The notes beneath the pieces are model-generated. The model had not been told where the DNA came from. It worked only from the letters and a program-made list of their open reading frames with translations, and did no database searches. The translations under genes were made by a program, and so were the position numbers. Of a DNA stretch of 64,000 nucleotides, positions 11,625-25,411 are shown one piece after another. The stretch is from Octopus vulgaris. Lineage: Eukaryota. The stretch covers positions 57,226,001-57,290,000 of the forward strand of contig OX597820.1 in NCBI GenBank assembly GCA_951406725.2, in the 5' to 3' direction. Positions within the stretch are counted from its first letter, which is position 1. Every line of letters begins with the position of its first letter.

Positions 11625-12643
11625 AAGACTGGATGGAACCTGTGAAAGAAGGGAGACCCAGGAAGGCATGAGATGAAGTGGTGAGGACTGATCTCAAGAG
11701 GTTGGACCTCATGGAGGAGGTGACAATGGGCCGGGATGTCTGGCAATATGAGGTTCTTGAGAAGACCCACCCACTTCAGTGAAACTGAGTTCTAGAAGCA
11801 ACTGTGGGTTCTACCCACATGTAAGAACAATAAGACTCTTCCACACCCTTGCTCTCCAATCCTGCCCCCACTGCCTTGCTTACTGATTCATTACTACCCT
11901 ATTGTCCCCCACCCTCTCTATATGCTCAGGTTTTACCAGTCACAGCATTCCCCACCCCCACACTCTTTGCATTCATGTGCAGTCTCACTCCCTACTCATG
12001 CACCTTGGCAATACCCCTACCATTTAGATTCTGACCCTTCATCTTGAGGTTATGCCCGTCCACTTTGACAGCACTTATCTCTCCTTTGCTCTACTCTACC
12101 ATTCCTTTTATGTTCTGATGCCTGTTTTTTGTGAGCATACCTTGACACTTCACCACCATTTCTCTACTGCTCTCTTGCACTCTTATTCTCTTCCACACTC
12201 TCTCTTTCTCTTGCTCTCTCTCTCTCTCTCTCTCTCACTCTCTGACTGGTTAACCATGTATTTCCTCTACAACAACACACCTCTTCCTGGCCTCAATCTT
12301 GATCACTCTTTTTCTCTCTCTCTATCTTTCACTGGGTAACCATGTATCTCCTCTACAGCAAGACACCTGTTTCTGTCTTCTGTTTTTCTGGCACAAAATT
12401 ACCTCCTCCAATGTCCCCTACTCTTGCAAAGGATCTTTGTCTCTGTAAGTTGCTTGGTGACCCCACCAGTGCTGGTGCCATGTAAAAAGCATCCACTTCA
12501 CACTTTAAAGTGGTTGGCATTTGAAAGGACACCCAACTGTAAACTCCATGCCAAAACAGATAGTGAAGTATGGTGCAGGCTTCTGCCTAGACAGCTCCTG
12601 TCAAACTGTCCAACACATGGAAACCAGACATTAAATGATGATG

Positions 12644-12645
<2 letters not shown>
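11625..12645 (+). mobile_element. 5'-truncated RTE-type LINE (ORF end, 3' UTR, family C tail)
   Basis: Translates GRPRKA*DEVVRTDLKRLDLMEEVTMGRDVWQYEVLEKTHP (RTE C-terminus); ends with a family C tail and (GAT)n. Confidence 0.7.
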
Positions 12646-12683
<38 letters not shown>

Positions 12684-12994
12684 TTAGTTCTTCCTAAATG
12701 TTCTTATTTTAAATGAACATATCTTTTAATTTATTTAGATTTATTACTTTTTACCATTAATCAATTTACCCTGTGTATACAGGTCTTTTTTCCTTCTTCT
12801 AAAGCTATTTTTTGATTTAAGGATTTCTTCAATTCATATAATAATAGGATTTTAAACAATAATTGTAATTTCATATAACCAGTTATTGAAATGACTGTTA
12901 GTTGAAAGGACCAACGGAATAAAACCATTTTCAAATACGTATCTATCAAAGCAATTGTATATTTATGAATATAACTGTATTTTGTTCCATTCCA

Positions 12995-13145
12995 AACCAC
13001 AACTGTCTCATGAACAGTAACGGGCAACTCTGAGTAACAGCTTTTGTGATGTTATTGCAGTTTTATTAATATAGCATATTACTCTGCCTCCGGTATTTGA
13101 GTACTATTTTTCTCCACCTTATTTCACATTTATGTGCTTACTCTA

Positions 13146-13146
<1 letters not shown>
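12995..13146 (+). mobile_element. 3' end of hammerhead-bearing element, same family as 53880-54031, decayed
   Basis: aactgt-CTCATGA...GCAA-ctctgag-TA-acag and downstream sequence colinear with 53885-54031; ends in (TA)n. Confidence 0.75.
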
Positions 13147-13188
<42 letters not shown>

Positions 13189-13217
13189 TATATATACGTA
13201 TATATATATACGTATAT

Positions 13218-13610
13218 AGGCGCAGGAGTGGGTGTGTCATAAGTAGCTTGCTTACCAACCACATGGTTCCAGATTCATTCCCACTATGTGGCACCTTCTA
13301 CTATAGCTTTGGGCCGACCAAAGCCTTGTGATTGGATTTGGTAGCCGGAAACTGAAGGAAGCCCGTTGTATATATGTATATATATATGTATATGTGTGTA
13401 TATGTTTGCGTGTCTGTGTTTGTCCCCCCAACATTGCTTGACAACCAATGATGGTGTTTTTACATCCCCGTAACTCAGCATTTCAGCAAAAGAGACCAAT
13501 AGAATAAGTACTAGCCTTACAAAGAATAAGTCCTGGGGTTGATTTGCTCAACTAAAGGCGGTACTCCAGAATGGCAGCAGTCAAATGACTGAAACAAGTA
13601 AAAAGAGAGT
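13218..13610 (+). mobile_element. SINE family A
   Basis: Colinear with 8398-8795, with a small internal deletion. Confidence 0.9.
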
Positions 13611-14299
13611 ATGTACATATATATATACATACATACATATATATATTGTGCCTTGAAAGTCTTTTCTAACTCTTCATTGTCATTATTTAATCTCCCTTTC
13701 CAGCTCTACCCTGGTTATTCCTATCCACTCTTTTTTATAATGTGAGTAGCCATGTACCTTCTCTACAGCAAGAAACTCTTTCTGATTTAGCCCCCTCTTT
13801 CATACATTTAACTTTTCATCTACCATAAAGCCATCTTGTTCTCTACTGTTCTGTCCACACAGTTGAAGGGGGTCCTTTAATTGGACAGCTGCATAGTGAC
13901 CTCACTAATGCATACTGGTGCCACAAAAAAAAACATCCAGTACCTTCTGTAAAATGGATGCTTGATGATGACGATGACACCGCCGCCGTCGCTGATGATT
14001 TCCTCATAAAAAGTCAAGTCTTTGACTTTCTTTGTTTCATATTCATTGTTCCATCATTATTGACATCATCATCATAACCATTTAATGACTTTGTTCCATG
14101 CTAACCTGGGCTGGACGTTTGATGGCACCCAATGAGCCCAAGGATGGTGTCATGCTCTAATGTTTACTTCGGCATAGTTTCCCTGGTTGGATGCCCTTCC
14201 AAACACTGATCCCTTTACAGCATGTTCTGGGTACATTTTTTTTCTTTTTAGGTCACCTGTTCAAGTTTTATGGTTTCTAAAGTGGACAATTAATTCTTA

Positions 14300-14932
14300 T
14301 ACCTCTCAAATATATTTCAAATTTTGTAGAAATTAACTGTCTGATTCAAAGACTATAATTCTTAGGAAAACATAAATAAATTGAAATATGAAAGAATGAG
14401 AGAATATATTATTTTATACTGCTCATGGCATTTGAAATTGGGTACGAACTTTTTGAAGATACAATTCTTTTAATGAAGTACTTTAATAATGGCAGCATTC
14501 CAATATGTGTCCAATGCATATGTAGTCAATGAATTTTCTGTGAAATACAATTCCCTCCTGGTTCTGTTACCAATATTGCAGGAGTTCTTTAAATAAACAC
14601 AATTTCATATTAATACATACAAATTTAAACATGAAATAATGAAAGAATAAATAATTTTCTATTTCCCAAAGTATTTGTCACAGCATACTAAGTTTTTGAA
14701 AATATGACATTTTTTTTTAAGAGGAATATTAATAACCGCATCATTCCAATATATTATGCTTGTATATTTTGTGTGAAATATAACTGTTTCTTGTATTGTT
14801 ACAAATATTGGCCGAACACGTTAAGTATATATGATTTTTTTTTTATCTCTATATATAGAAATTTAAATGTGAACTAATAAAAATATATTCCATCTTCTTA
14901 TTGTATTAACTTTTTTGAAGATATAAATTCAA
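14300..14932. repeat. Diverged ~220-240 bp tandem repeat, ~2.5 units
   Basis: aactttttgaagatacaattc-like motif at ~14447, ~14690, ~14908; cattccaatat, tgtgaaata and aatattg motifs recur at the same spacing. Confidence 0.6.
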
Positions 14933-15069
14933 TGTCATTTCATAGCAGGGTTCAGTTCCACTCTGTGGCACCTTGGGCATAAGTCATATACAATAGCTCC
15001 AGGCCCACCAAAGCCTTGTGAGTAGATTTGTTAGACAGAAACTGAAAGAACTCCATCTATATGTGTGTG

Positions 15070-15130
<61 letters not shown>

Positions 15131-15397
15131 ATACATATATATACATATACATATATATATGTTTATACATATATACATATATATATTCACATACAATAAT
15201 AATATTAGGGAGTATAACTCGAAACTTACACACACACATATATATATATATACACACATATATATATGTGTGTGTATATATATATATACAGCTTAAAGTA
15301 GAAGGGAAAAATAAACAACACCCAGATGAAAACTCCTCATACCTTTTGTCTTTCTCTCTCTATCTATTTACCTATCTATCTATCTTTATATATTTAT

Positions 15398-15592
15398 GAC
15401 CGTGTGTGTACCATTGGCGATTTTTTTTCACTCCGTCTTTCCTTCACTGGATCTTTCCTTTTCCTATGTTTCTGATGAAGTGCTCCACTCAAAACGTTAA
15501 ACCCTCCTTCTTCCCTTCCTTCCTGAGCATCCAATAATACTATATTTATTCCACATCCTCACGTTGTTGTGTTTTCATGTTTGGATTAACTA
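15398..15592 (+). mobile_element. ~200 bp non-autonomous element with hammerhead-like motif (copy 2)
   Basis: gttt-CTGATGA-agtgctccactc-AAAA-cg-TT-aaac at 15468-15502; same start and end as 4513-4712; ends in (TA)n. Confidence 0.75.
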
Positions 15593-17759
15593 TATATATA
15601 TATTACATCTATTCGAGCTTGTAAATGATACCTTTTTTATCAACCCCAAAAGGACGAAAGGCAACAGCGACCTCAGTGGAATTTGAACTCAGAACGTATC
15701 GGCAGACGAAATACCATTAAGCATTTTGTTTGGCATGCTAACGATTCTGCCAGCTTGCCACCCTAATAGAAATAGGAAATATTGTTTCCTCCAGAGCCCT
15801 TGATGAATAAAAACCAGTTATCTGAGAATAGTTTTGGGTTTTAGGAATTACTTAGAATTACTGTAAAATATATGAAGTAAAAGATGCTTTAGTAGACAAC
15901 ACTTGCCTCAAATGGCACACAGTGGGTCTGAACCCAAGACCACAAGGTTTTGAAATGAACTTTCTAACCGCATAACCATATATCCGTATATAACATGAGT
16001 GTGTTATGAATGTAAGCGCACACGTGTGTGGGGGGAGGGTTGTGTGTGTGTGTATGTCTGTGTGCATGAGAGTGTCTGTGTGTTTGTGTGTATGTGTGTG
16101 TGCATGAGAGTGTCTGTGTGTTTGTGTATATGTGTGTGTGTGCATGAGAGTGTCTGTGTGTTTGTGCATGTGAGTGAGTGTGTGTATGTGCATGTGTGTG
16201 TGTGTTTGTGTATGGGTATGTGTGTTTGTGTGTGCATGAGATGTGTATGTGTGTGTGTGTGGGAGGGGTTGTGTGTGCATGAGAATGTGTGTATGTGCTT
16301 GTGTGTGTGTGTGTATGTGTGTATGTGTGTATGTGTGTGTGTGTGTGTATACACGTGTTGCTTCTTTTCTACCCATAAACTTTTTGGCACATGTAACATA
16401 TCACATATATGTGATATGTTACATGTGTGCATGCATGTGTGTGTGTGTGCTTGAGTGAATGTGTGTGAGCATGAGCAAGAGAGAGAGAGAGAGAGAGAGA
16501 GAGAGTGTGTGTGTGTTTGTGTGTGCATGTGTGCATGTGTGCATATATATTACTTCTTTTCCTCCTATAAACCCCTTATTCATATAACCTCTATCACTCC
16601 GCTATACATAGGAATTACATCCAAACAACCAAAACCATCAAATCCATGTTCGCATGGCAGAGAAAAGAAATAAGTACTAAAACCAAACGAACATTCTTCT
16701 TCCTCATTTATTTGCCAAATTACTTTTACTTATTTTTTTCATCCTATTTTTATCCCATTGTTTTTTTTTTAAATCTATCACTTTCATAGGAAACAAAACA
16801 AAAACACACACACGAAAAATACATTAAAAAAAACAAAAATAAAAACCACACACAATAATATAAAATATAGAATTCTATTTTCTCCTATTTTCTTAAACAA
16901 GCAGTGTTTCTGAGATGATGAACAAGATAAGTGACAAGTTCACATTTTCTATGTTGGATGGTGCAGAGGCAAAAATTTTGTTTTTAATGTAGAGACATAA
17001 TGGAGGGGAAAAAAAAAGTGTTGGGTAGTAAGCAAAAAATTTTCAGAATATGGAATAGGATATTGACTTTTCTTACCAACTGTGTATCCTACCAGTAGCT
17101 CATATAATCAGAATACATAGAATCGTATAGCCTCAGGCAAATATCACAATTTTTTTTCTGCAACACCGACTCAACTTCCAATGAAGGGATATTCCTAAAT
17201 GTTACATATGAGTAAGGAAAAAAATTTATAATTTCTTATATTCGCATGAAGATATAAAGTTTTAAAGTTACAGAAGATTAGCAAAAGTGCATTTCAAGTG
17301 CTGGTGTTCATTCTGTAAATATGCGGCAGTGCGGTAAGAAATTTGCTTCATAAACTCATAGCTCTAGGTTCAATGCTACTCCATGCCATCCTGGGTGAGC
17401 ATCTTCTTATTTCTTTACTGCCCACAAGGGGCTACACGCAGAGGGGACAAACAAGGGCAGACAAATAGATTAAATCGATTATATCGACCCCCACCTTCCC
17501 CCAGAGCTCAACTGGTGCCTTATTTTTTCAACCTTGAAAGGATGAAAAGCAAAGCTGACCTCTGTTGAATTTGAACTCAGAATGCAGACAAGCAAGCAAA
17601 ATGAATAAGAACAAATATCCTGTGAGGTATTTTCCCTTCAGGAGCTCTAGCAGCAAGGCTAATCTGTAGATGAACCACACTGTTGTGTATTAGTGACAAA
17701 ATGATCCTTTCTACAAAAGGTATAAAGCCCTAAATTTTGGGTGAGTTGGGGGTTAGTTG

Positions 17760-17974
17760 TGTTGTGGCAAGAGTCACTGACACCCCTGTGGGAGTGGAAG
17801 AATGAACCAGCCGAACTCTTATAAAAAGTAGCATATTAGTTGAAACAGAAGTCGTAGGAGTCGTTGGGATCATTGAGATTTTGTATTTAGTGAAGTAATT
17901 TGATGTACTTTGTGTAAAGACAGTTGTGTCTATCCCTGCTTTGGGAAATCCGTTTATCTATAAAAGGACATAAA
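17760..17974 (+). mobile_element. Probable solo LTR inserted in a family B SINE
   Basis: Starts tgttgtg, ends gacataaa; flanking agttg/agtcg (5-bp TSD, 1 mismatch); TATA-like ttataaaaag near 17820; host SINE resumes after it. Confidence 0.55.
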
Positions 17975-19261
17975 AGTCGATTACACTGACCCTAGTGCAT
18001 TACTGGTACTTATTTCATCAACTCTGAAAGGATGAAAGACAAAGTTGACCTTGGTGGCATTTGAACTCAGAATGTAAAGATGGTGCAAAGCTGCTTATCA
18101 ATTTGTCCTGTGTACTAACGATTTTACCCATTCACTGCCTTATATCATCATCATCATCATCTTTTAACATCCGTTTTCCGTACTAGAACTGGTTGGACGG
18201 TTCGACTGGGGTCTGGGAAGCCAGGAGGCTGCACCAGGCTCCAGTCTGATCTGGCAGTGTTTCTACAGCTGGATGCCCTTCCTAACGCCAACCACTCCGT
18301 AAGTGTAGTGGGTGCTTTTTACGTGCCACCAGCACAGTTATGTGCCAATAATGAGTTCAAATAATAAAAACTGGATTTGTTATTACAAATGTCATGAGTA
18401 ATACAGAGTATTGTTTCTTATTCCACTATAGCCCTGGGCTGAACATTAAATGGATCTGTGAATGAATTTGACAGATAGAAACTAAAAGGAGCCTGTTGCA
18501 TATATATATATATATATATATATGTGGGGGGGGTCTGTATGTGTATATGTGTCTGTGTGTGTTTGTGTGTGTTTCTGCTTTTGTCCTATCACCACTTGAC
18601 TACTGGTGTTAGTTTGTTTATATCCCTGTAACTTAGCAGTTTAGCAAAAGAAACTAATATAATGAGTGCCAGACTTTAACAATATATGAATACTGGGGGT
18701 GATTTCTTTAACTAAATCCTTAGAGGTGGTGCCCCAGAATGGCCACAGACTGAAACAACTAAAAAACAATGCTAAAAGATATCGGATATGTTGGTGAATG
18801 CGATTTATTATATTTAATACAGTCAATATGAAATCTACTTAGCAATACCAAGCAGTGGAAAAAATGATATTAGCTTAATGACTAATTTTAATCATTTACT
18901 GAACTAATTAAAATAATTAGTCATTGAGCTAATGTAATCTTTTTCTCACTGCCTAATTATTTCTAATTAGTTTTTAGGTGCTTAATAAATTAAATATGCT
19001 AACACTAATTCAGCTTTTGTTTTTCATGTTGACAGCATATTTGAGTAATAAACTTCAATGTTTTAATTAGTAATAACAATTATTTTACTGAGATAGAAGG
19101 CCTTAAATTTGCAAGGAAGGAGAACGAGATTAGGTGATGTCCATGGGTTTTATAATGCATTAGCATGGTTGTGGTGGCAGCGGTTAGTCTCATGGGAAGA
19201 CCATTAATAATTCAGTCTCTTTTTGATTTAGATGGAGAAAATGCGCTGTTGCTTACTCCAG

Positions 19262-19431
19262 GTGTTGGAGTGGCTGTGTGATAAGTAGCTTGCTTACAAA
19301 CCACATGGTTCTGGGTTCAGTCCCACAGCGTGGCATCTTGGGCAAGTGTCTTCTACTATAGCCTCATGCCGACTAAAGCCTTGTGAGTGGATTTGGTAGA
19401 TGGAAACTGAAAGAAGCCCATCGTATATATG

Positions 19432-19462
<31 letters not shown>

Positions 19463-19650
19463 CTGTGTGTGTGTGTATGTGTGTGTGTGTATGTGTTTGT
19501 GTGTCTGTGTTTGTCCCAGCGGTTTGGCAAAAGAGACCAATAGAATAAGTACTAGGCTTACAAAGAATAAGTCCTGGGGTCGATTTGCTCAACTAAAGGC
19601 AGTGCTCCAGCATGGCCACAGTCAAGTTACTGAAACAAGCAAAAGAGTAA
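19262..19650 (+). mobile_element. SINE family A
   Basis: Colinear with 8398-8795. Confidence 0.9.
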
Positions 19651-19774
19651 ACCCACAAGAGGGCTTGAACTCTGCATGGCAAACGAACAAAATCTTCATC
19701 AGTTTTACTGTACTTCAACTGGTTATGAAAGTGAACTAAAATCTTTCCGAGGTACATAGCATGTATACACCCAG

Positions 19775-20105
19775 CCATCATCATCATCATCATCTTCATT
19801 ATCGTTATTGTTGTCATCATCATCATCGTATCATTGGCATGATCATGAACATCATCGATGTCATTGTCGTCATCATTGGCGTCATCATCATGATCATTAC
19901 TGTCATCATCATTGTCATCATCATTGGCATCATCCTCATCATTGTCGTTGTCGCCGTTGTTGTCGTCGTCGTCATCATCAGCAGCAGCAGCATCATCATC
20001 ATAGTCGTCATCATCATCATTGCTGTCATCGTTGTCGTCATCATCATCATCATCATCATTGTCATCATCATAGTCATCATCATCGTCATCATCATCAATA
20101 TCATT
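19775..20105. repeat. Degenerate (CAT/CGT)n tract
   Basis: Direct inspection. Confidence 0.9.
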
Positions 20106-20494
20106 TAACACCCAGTTCTTCATGTTGGTATGGGGTGGATGATTCAGCTGGAGAGCTGCCCAGTCTCCATCTGTCTGTTTTGTCATGGTTTCTATGGCTG
20201 GATGCCCTTCCTAATGCCAAGAGTAAAATATTTTTGTTCATTTTCATTATCACTTAGCAGAAGGAATTCCATGAACATAACCTGTATTAGTGCCTCCAAG
20301 AGTGGCAAGAAGAGAAGAAAAGTTATCTGCAACCCAGAGCCCTGGTTCACATGCAACAAGAGTAACTCTAGTAAAGGCACCTAAAGGTCATGTATTGGTG
20401 TTACACCAGCGGATAGATTAAATTTTGTGTGATGATGACAGAATATGAAGAATGAAAATCCCTACTAATTTTTCCTCTGCTGGTTTGATTTATT

Positions 20495-21105
20495 TATTTC
20501 TTTATTGCCCACAAGGGGCTAAACATATAGGGGAACAAACAAAGACAGACAAAGGGATTAAGTCGATTACATCGACTCCAGTATGTAACTGGTACTTATT
20601 TAATTGATCCTGAAAGGATGACAGGTAAAGTCGACCTCGGCAGAATTTGAACCCAGAACATAATGGCAGATGAAATACCGCTAAACATTTCACCCGGTGT
20701 GCTAATGATTCTGACAGCTTGCCGCCTTAATAATAATTATAATACTTCCTATTAGAAGCACAATGCCTCAAATTTGGGGGAAGGGACTAAGTCAATTGCA
20801 TCAACTCCAGTGCGTAACTGGTACTTATTTAATCGACCCCGAAAGGATGAAAGGCAAAGTCAACCTCGGCAGAATTTGAACTCAGAACATAATGGCAGAC
20901 GAATATTGTTATGCATTTCAGCCGGTGTGCTAATGATTCTGCCAGGTCGCCACCTTAACAATAATAATTATAATCCTGTCTACTGGAAGCACAAGGCCAC
21001 AACTTTGGGTGAAGGGACTACATCAATTACATTGTCTCCAGTGTGTAACTGGCATTGTTATGCATTTTGCCTGGTGTGCTAACGATTCTGCCAACTTGCT
21101 GCCTT
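20495..21105 (-). mobile_element. Tandem family B SINEs (two near-complete plus one deleted copy)
   Basis: Reverse complement reads ggcggcaagctgtcagaatcattagc...gtcgactttacctgtcatcctttc...aagtaccagtt; copies separated by (TAA)n-like linkers. Confidence 0.8.
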
Positions 21106-21346
21106 GCTTGCTTGATTTATTGACCAAGAGTCTCTCACAGCAACTATATAAAAAATGAAATGTTTTTTACATACATACACTGTGCTTCTTTCCTGCTCTC
21201 AATGCTTTGATCAGTCTGGGTCAAGACACCTAAGCTGTCATTCAGTAGGTTTGAAACTGAATCCATGTAGTTGGGAAGCAAGCTTCTTACAACACAGCCA
21301 AACCTGCAACAACCAAGAGCATTATTTCAGTTATCTCCTACAAATT

Positions 21347-21380
21347 GTATATCATCATCATCATTATCATCATCATCATC

Positions 21381-21436
<56 letters not shown>

Positions 21437-21770
21437 TTAACGTCTGTTGTCCATGCTGGCATGGGTTGGACGGTTTGACTGGGCTGGCATGCTGGAGGGC
21501 TGGACCAGGCTCCTGTATGATTTGGCATGGTTTTCTATGGCTGGATGCCCTTTCCAATGCCAACCTTTCCGAGAGTATAATGCGTGCTTTAACGTGCCAC
21601 CAGCACAAGTGCCATTTGCATGACACTGGTATCTGTCATGATGACTGCAATTTTGATTGATGAGTCTTCTCAAACAGGACATAATGTCAAAGGTCTTGGT
21701 CATTCCCTCCATAAGGCCCAACACTCAAAAGGAGCTCAGCCACTTTGCCTCTATGAGGCCCAACACTCAA
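21347..21770 (-). mobile_element. RTE LINE 3' end with family C tail
   Basis: (CAT)n tail, ctggatgccctt motif, and LGLMEGMTK...LEKTH-like RTE C-terminus on - strand. Confidence 0.7.
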
Positions 21771-21893
21771 CCATATTGATAATTATTATAAAATTAATTA
21801 TTTTCCTAATAAGGTATGAACTCATGATCCTAAAGTCAAATAAACTAATACATTAGCATCACAATGTATATTCTTTCATAACTATATGGAACC

Positions 21894-22017
<124 letters not shown>

Positions 22018-22860
22018 ATGTGTGTGTGTATGTGTATATATATATATGTATATATATCAGGAGAACTTCAATTCAGACATTTTTGCAAAGGCTATGTATA
22101 TAATGTAATATGTATGAAATAAGATTTATGAACAAGAACAGAATTATATTTCCCTGTGCTCTATTTGATGACAGAATAAGTTTATTTCTATTTTGGAACA
22201 CTGTACTCACGCCTTTGTATCAGTATAATACCAGTGTTATCTGTCTGTTATATAGCATTCGTGTGTTACACTGTTTTGTGTGTCGGCATATTTGTGTGTT
22301 GGTTTTTGTCAAGAAAACCACTTACAGCTTGCATTCAATCTTTTGAAATTGTAATCTTGCAATAAAATTTATGATGAGAGCAGGAATCTCCATTGTGTTA
22401 TTACATTTTTTTTTTATTAAAACTTTTCTTTTTTGTTATTTTGTTGCTTCTGCTTTTTGTTTTTGTTTTTTTTCTTTTAATATTTTTATTACTCTTTTGA
22501 GAATATATTTTGGTCTTTACAGTCAACAATTTTAGCAGGAATTTGAAAGTACAATTTCATTAATGGAATAATCCTAACCAATTTCCAAAATACATGTAGT
22601 TTTATTTTACATAAGTATCTATACATATACATCACATTCTCCCCACCTCATCTCTCTCTTTCTCTACATGTCTGTCTGTCTATCTATGTATCTATCTACC
22701 TATCTATATGTGTGTATGTCTGTATATGCGTGCGTGCGCATGTGTGTGTGTTAGTATGTATGTACATATATCATCATTATCATTAGCCTATAAATATATA
22801 TATATGTATATATATATGTATATATGTATATATATATATATATATGTATATGTATATAAG

Positions 22861-22917
<57 letters not shown>

Positions 22918-23793
22918 ATATATATTATACATATACATGCACACACACACATCCTTACACACACAAATTCTCTCTCACACATGCATACACAAATATATTT
23001 ATCCATCTCTGTGTGTATGTGTGCATATGTGTGTATCTTTATCTACATACATCTTTCTCTCTCTTGCACACATGCATACACACACACACACCTACATTTG
23101 TATGTATGTATTTATATATTTGTATATATGGCAATCTTTTCTTTCAAATATGTTAAAGACACAACTGTGTTTGAGTTTAATCTCATATATTAAAGATTTT
23201 TCATATTTCCTTATTACATCTTTATGTTAGTTTTGGAACAATAGCATTCCCAACTCCATTAATATTTCAAGAAACTCATGGCCTTGTCTTCTGAATGAAA
23301 GGATGATAGTGTGTTATTGTTGCCATGTTTTGCAGTTGGCAGCAAGGGGTCAGGGGACTGATAGTGCATGTAATCATACATACAGACATATTCATATATC
23401 ATCATCATCATCATCATCGTCTAACGTCTGCTTTCCATGCTGGCATGGGTTAGACAATTTGACTGAGGACTGGCGAGGCAGATGGCTGCACCAGGCTCCA
23501 ATCTTGATGTGGCAGAGTTTCTACAGCTGGATGCCCTTCCTAACGCCAACCACTCCAAGTGTGTAGTGAGTGCTTTTATGTGCCACTGGCACGAGAGCCA
23601 GTCAGGTGGTATTGGTAATGGCCATGCTCAAATGGTGGTTTACATGCCACCTGCACAGGAGCCAGTTCAGAGGCACTGACAACGACCTCACTTGAATGTT
23701 ATTTTCCATGTGCCACCGGCACATATACATATCTATATACATATATGTATGTATATACTATATATCTATATGTATATATGTATATATATATAC

Positions 23794-24217
23794 ACATATA
23801 TAAATTAGAAAAAAAAACACCTTTTATCAATTCAAAATGAACAATTAAATTACACCTTCTAGAAAATTACATATAATAAAAATATTAAAAATAAAATAAC
23901 AATAATATAATAATGATAAAGTAAATTGCAAAATAATAAAAACGTATATATTATTATATAAACGTTTTTATTATTATTTTATTATTATTTTGCAATTTAC
24001 TTAATCATTGGTATATTATTGTTATATTATTTTTAATATTTTTATTATATGTAATTTTCTAGATGGTGTAATTTAATTGTTCATTTTGAATTGATAAAAG
24101 GTGGGTTTTTTTCTAATTTTTATATATGTTATATTTTGTGAAATTTGATTTAGTATTTCTAAATTGAATTTTTCCCTGTAAGTTAGGAATAATTTTCCCT
24201 TAAATAATTATTATTCA
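23794..24217 (+). mobile_element. Fold-back element in (TA)n: ~160-175 bp inverted arms plus unpaired 3' tail
   Basis: aattagaaaaaaaaacaccttttatcaattcaaaatgaacaattaaattacacc mirrored at 24065-24120; centre near 23952; tail ttttccctgtaagt...ttccct also at 15196-15230 (-). Confidence 0.8.
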
Positions 24218-24557
24218 TATATATATATATAAATATATATAAGCGAAAATGCACATTGGAAATCAAAAAAATGTAAAGGCTCTTTATGAAAAGTAATGAT
24301 AGATAGATACAGTTAGATGAACTGAGGTAGGAATAAAAGTAACAAATATATATTTATATACACACACATACATATATATATATATATATGTATACACGAC
24401 GGGCTTCTTTCAGTTTCTGTCTACCAAATCCACTCTCAAGGCTTTGGTCAGTCTGAACCTATAGTAGAAGACATTTGTCCAAGGTGCCACTAAGTAGGAA
24501 TGAACCCGGAACCATGTGGTTCGTAAGCTAGCTACTTACCACACAGCCACATGCATA

Positions 24558-24597
<40 letters not shown>

Positions 24598-24675
24598 AAA
24601 TACACACACACAACACACAGAGGAAAATGCATGCATGTGTGTGCATATATACCTAGTTATGTAATTTTGTATGCA

Positions 24676-24707
<32 letters not shown>

Positions 24708-24810
24708 TTTTCCACTAAAAATCATCACGCTTTTTGATGATTTATGATATGTTACCGTCAAGTGCATGTGTATCTATTAACTACATATCTATAAAATGAT
24801 ACAAATACAC

Positions 24811-24844
<34 letters not shown>

Positions 24845-24942
24845 GCACACACACATTAGGTGTTTGGTGTCCATTATCTCTGATGTAGATGTGTGTATGT
24901 TTGTTTGTGTGTTTGTGCCTTTCTACTTTATCATCTCCTTAG

Positions 24943-24981
24943 AAGTGTTGTGGTGTATTCCCAAAGGCAGTTAGCAGAAAG
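24943..24981 (+). other. Candidate 39-nt frame-preserving micro-exon
   Basis: ctttctactttatcatctccttag acceptor and AAG|gtaatc donor; two open frames (KCCGVFPKAVSRK or xSVVVYSQRQLAEx). Confidence 0.3.
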
Positions 24982-25148
24982 GTAATCATATCTAAGTACC
25001 TGGTGCCTCTTAATAATAATAATCATGATTATTATTATTATTATTTTTGTTATTGTTGTTGTTGTTGTAATTTGTTTCTGATCCACTGTGCATTGAAGTA
25101 TGTTTAGCATCATTTCACTAAAGCCCATGTCAGCTGCTGCTGCTATTA

Positions 25149-25355
25149 GCACCACCGCCACCACCACCACCACCAGTAATATTACCACCACCAAAACCAC
25201 CACCACCACCACCACCAGTAATATCACCACCATCACCACCACTAACACCACCACCATTAACACAACCACCACCACCACCACCACCACCACCGTCACCCCA
25301 CCACCACTACCACCAACCCCACCACCACCGCCACCGCCACCACCACCACCACCAA

Positions 25356-25410
<55 letters not shown>
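25149..25410. repeat. (CAC)n then (TAC)n tract
   Basis: Direct inspection. Confidence 0.9.

Positions 25411-25411
<1 letters not shown>

Noticed and set aside
11098-11770. Poly-His/Met/Ile/Asp ORFs (also 19593-20257, 42491-43046, 52019-52600)
   Set aside because: Trinucleotide repeats open in several frames on both strands, with no splice or domain support
22205-22325. Minus-strand donor-like sites (gtgagt, gtaagt)
   Set aside because: No adequate polypyrimidine tract or recognisable coding frame
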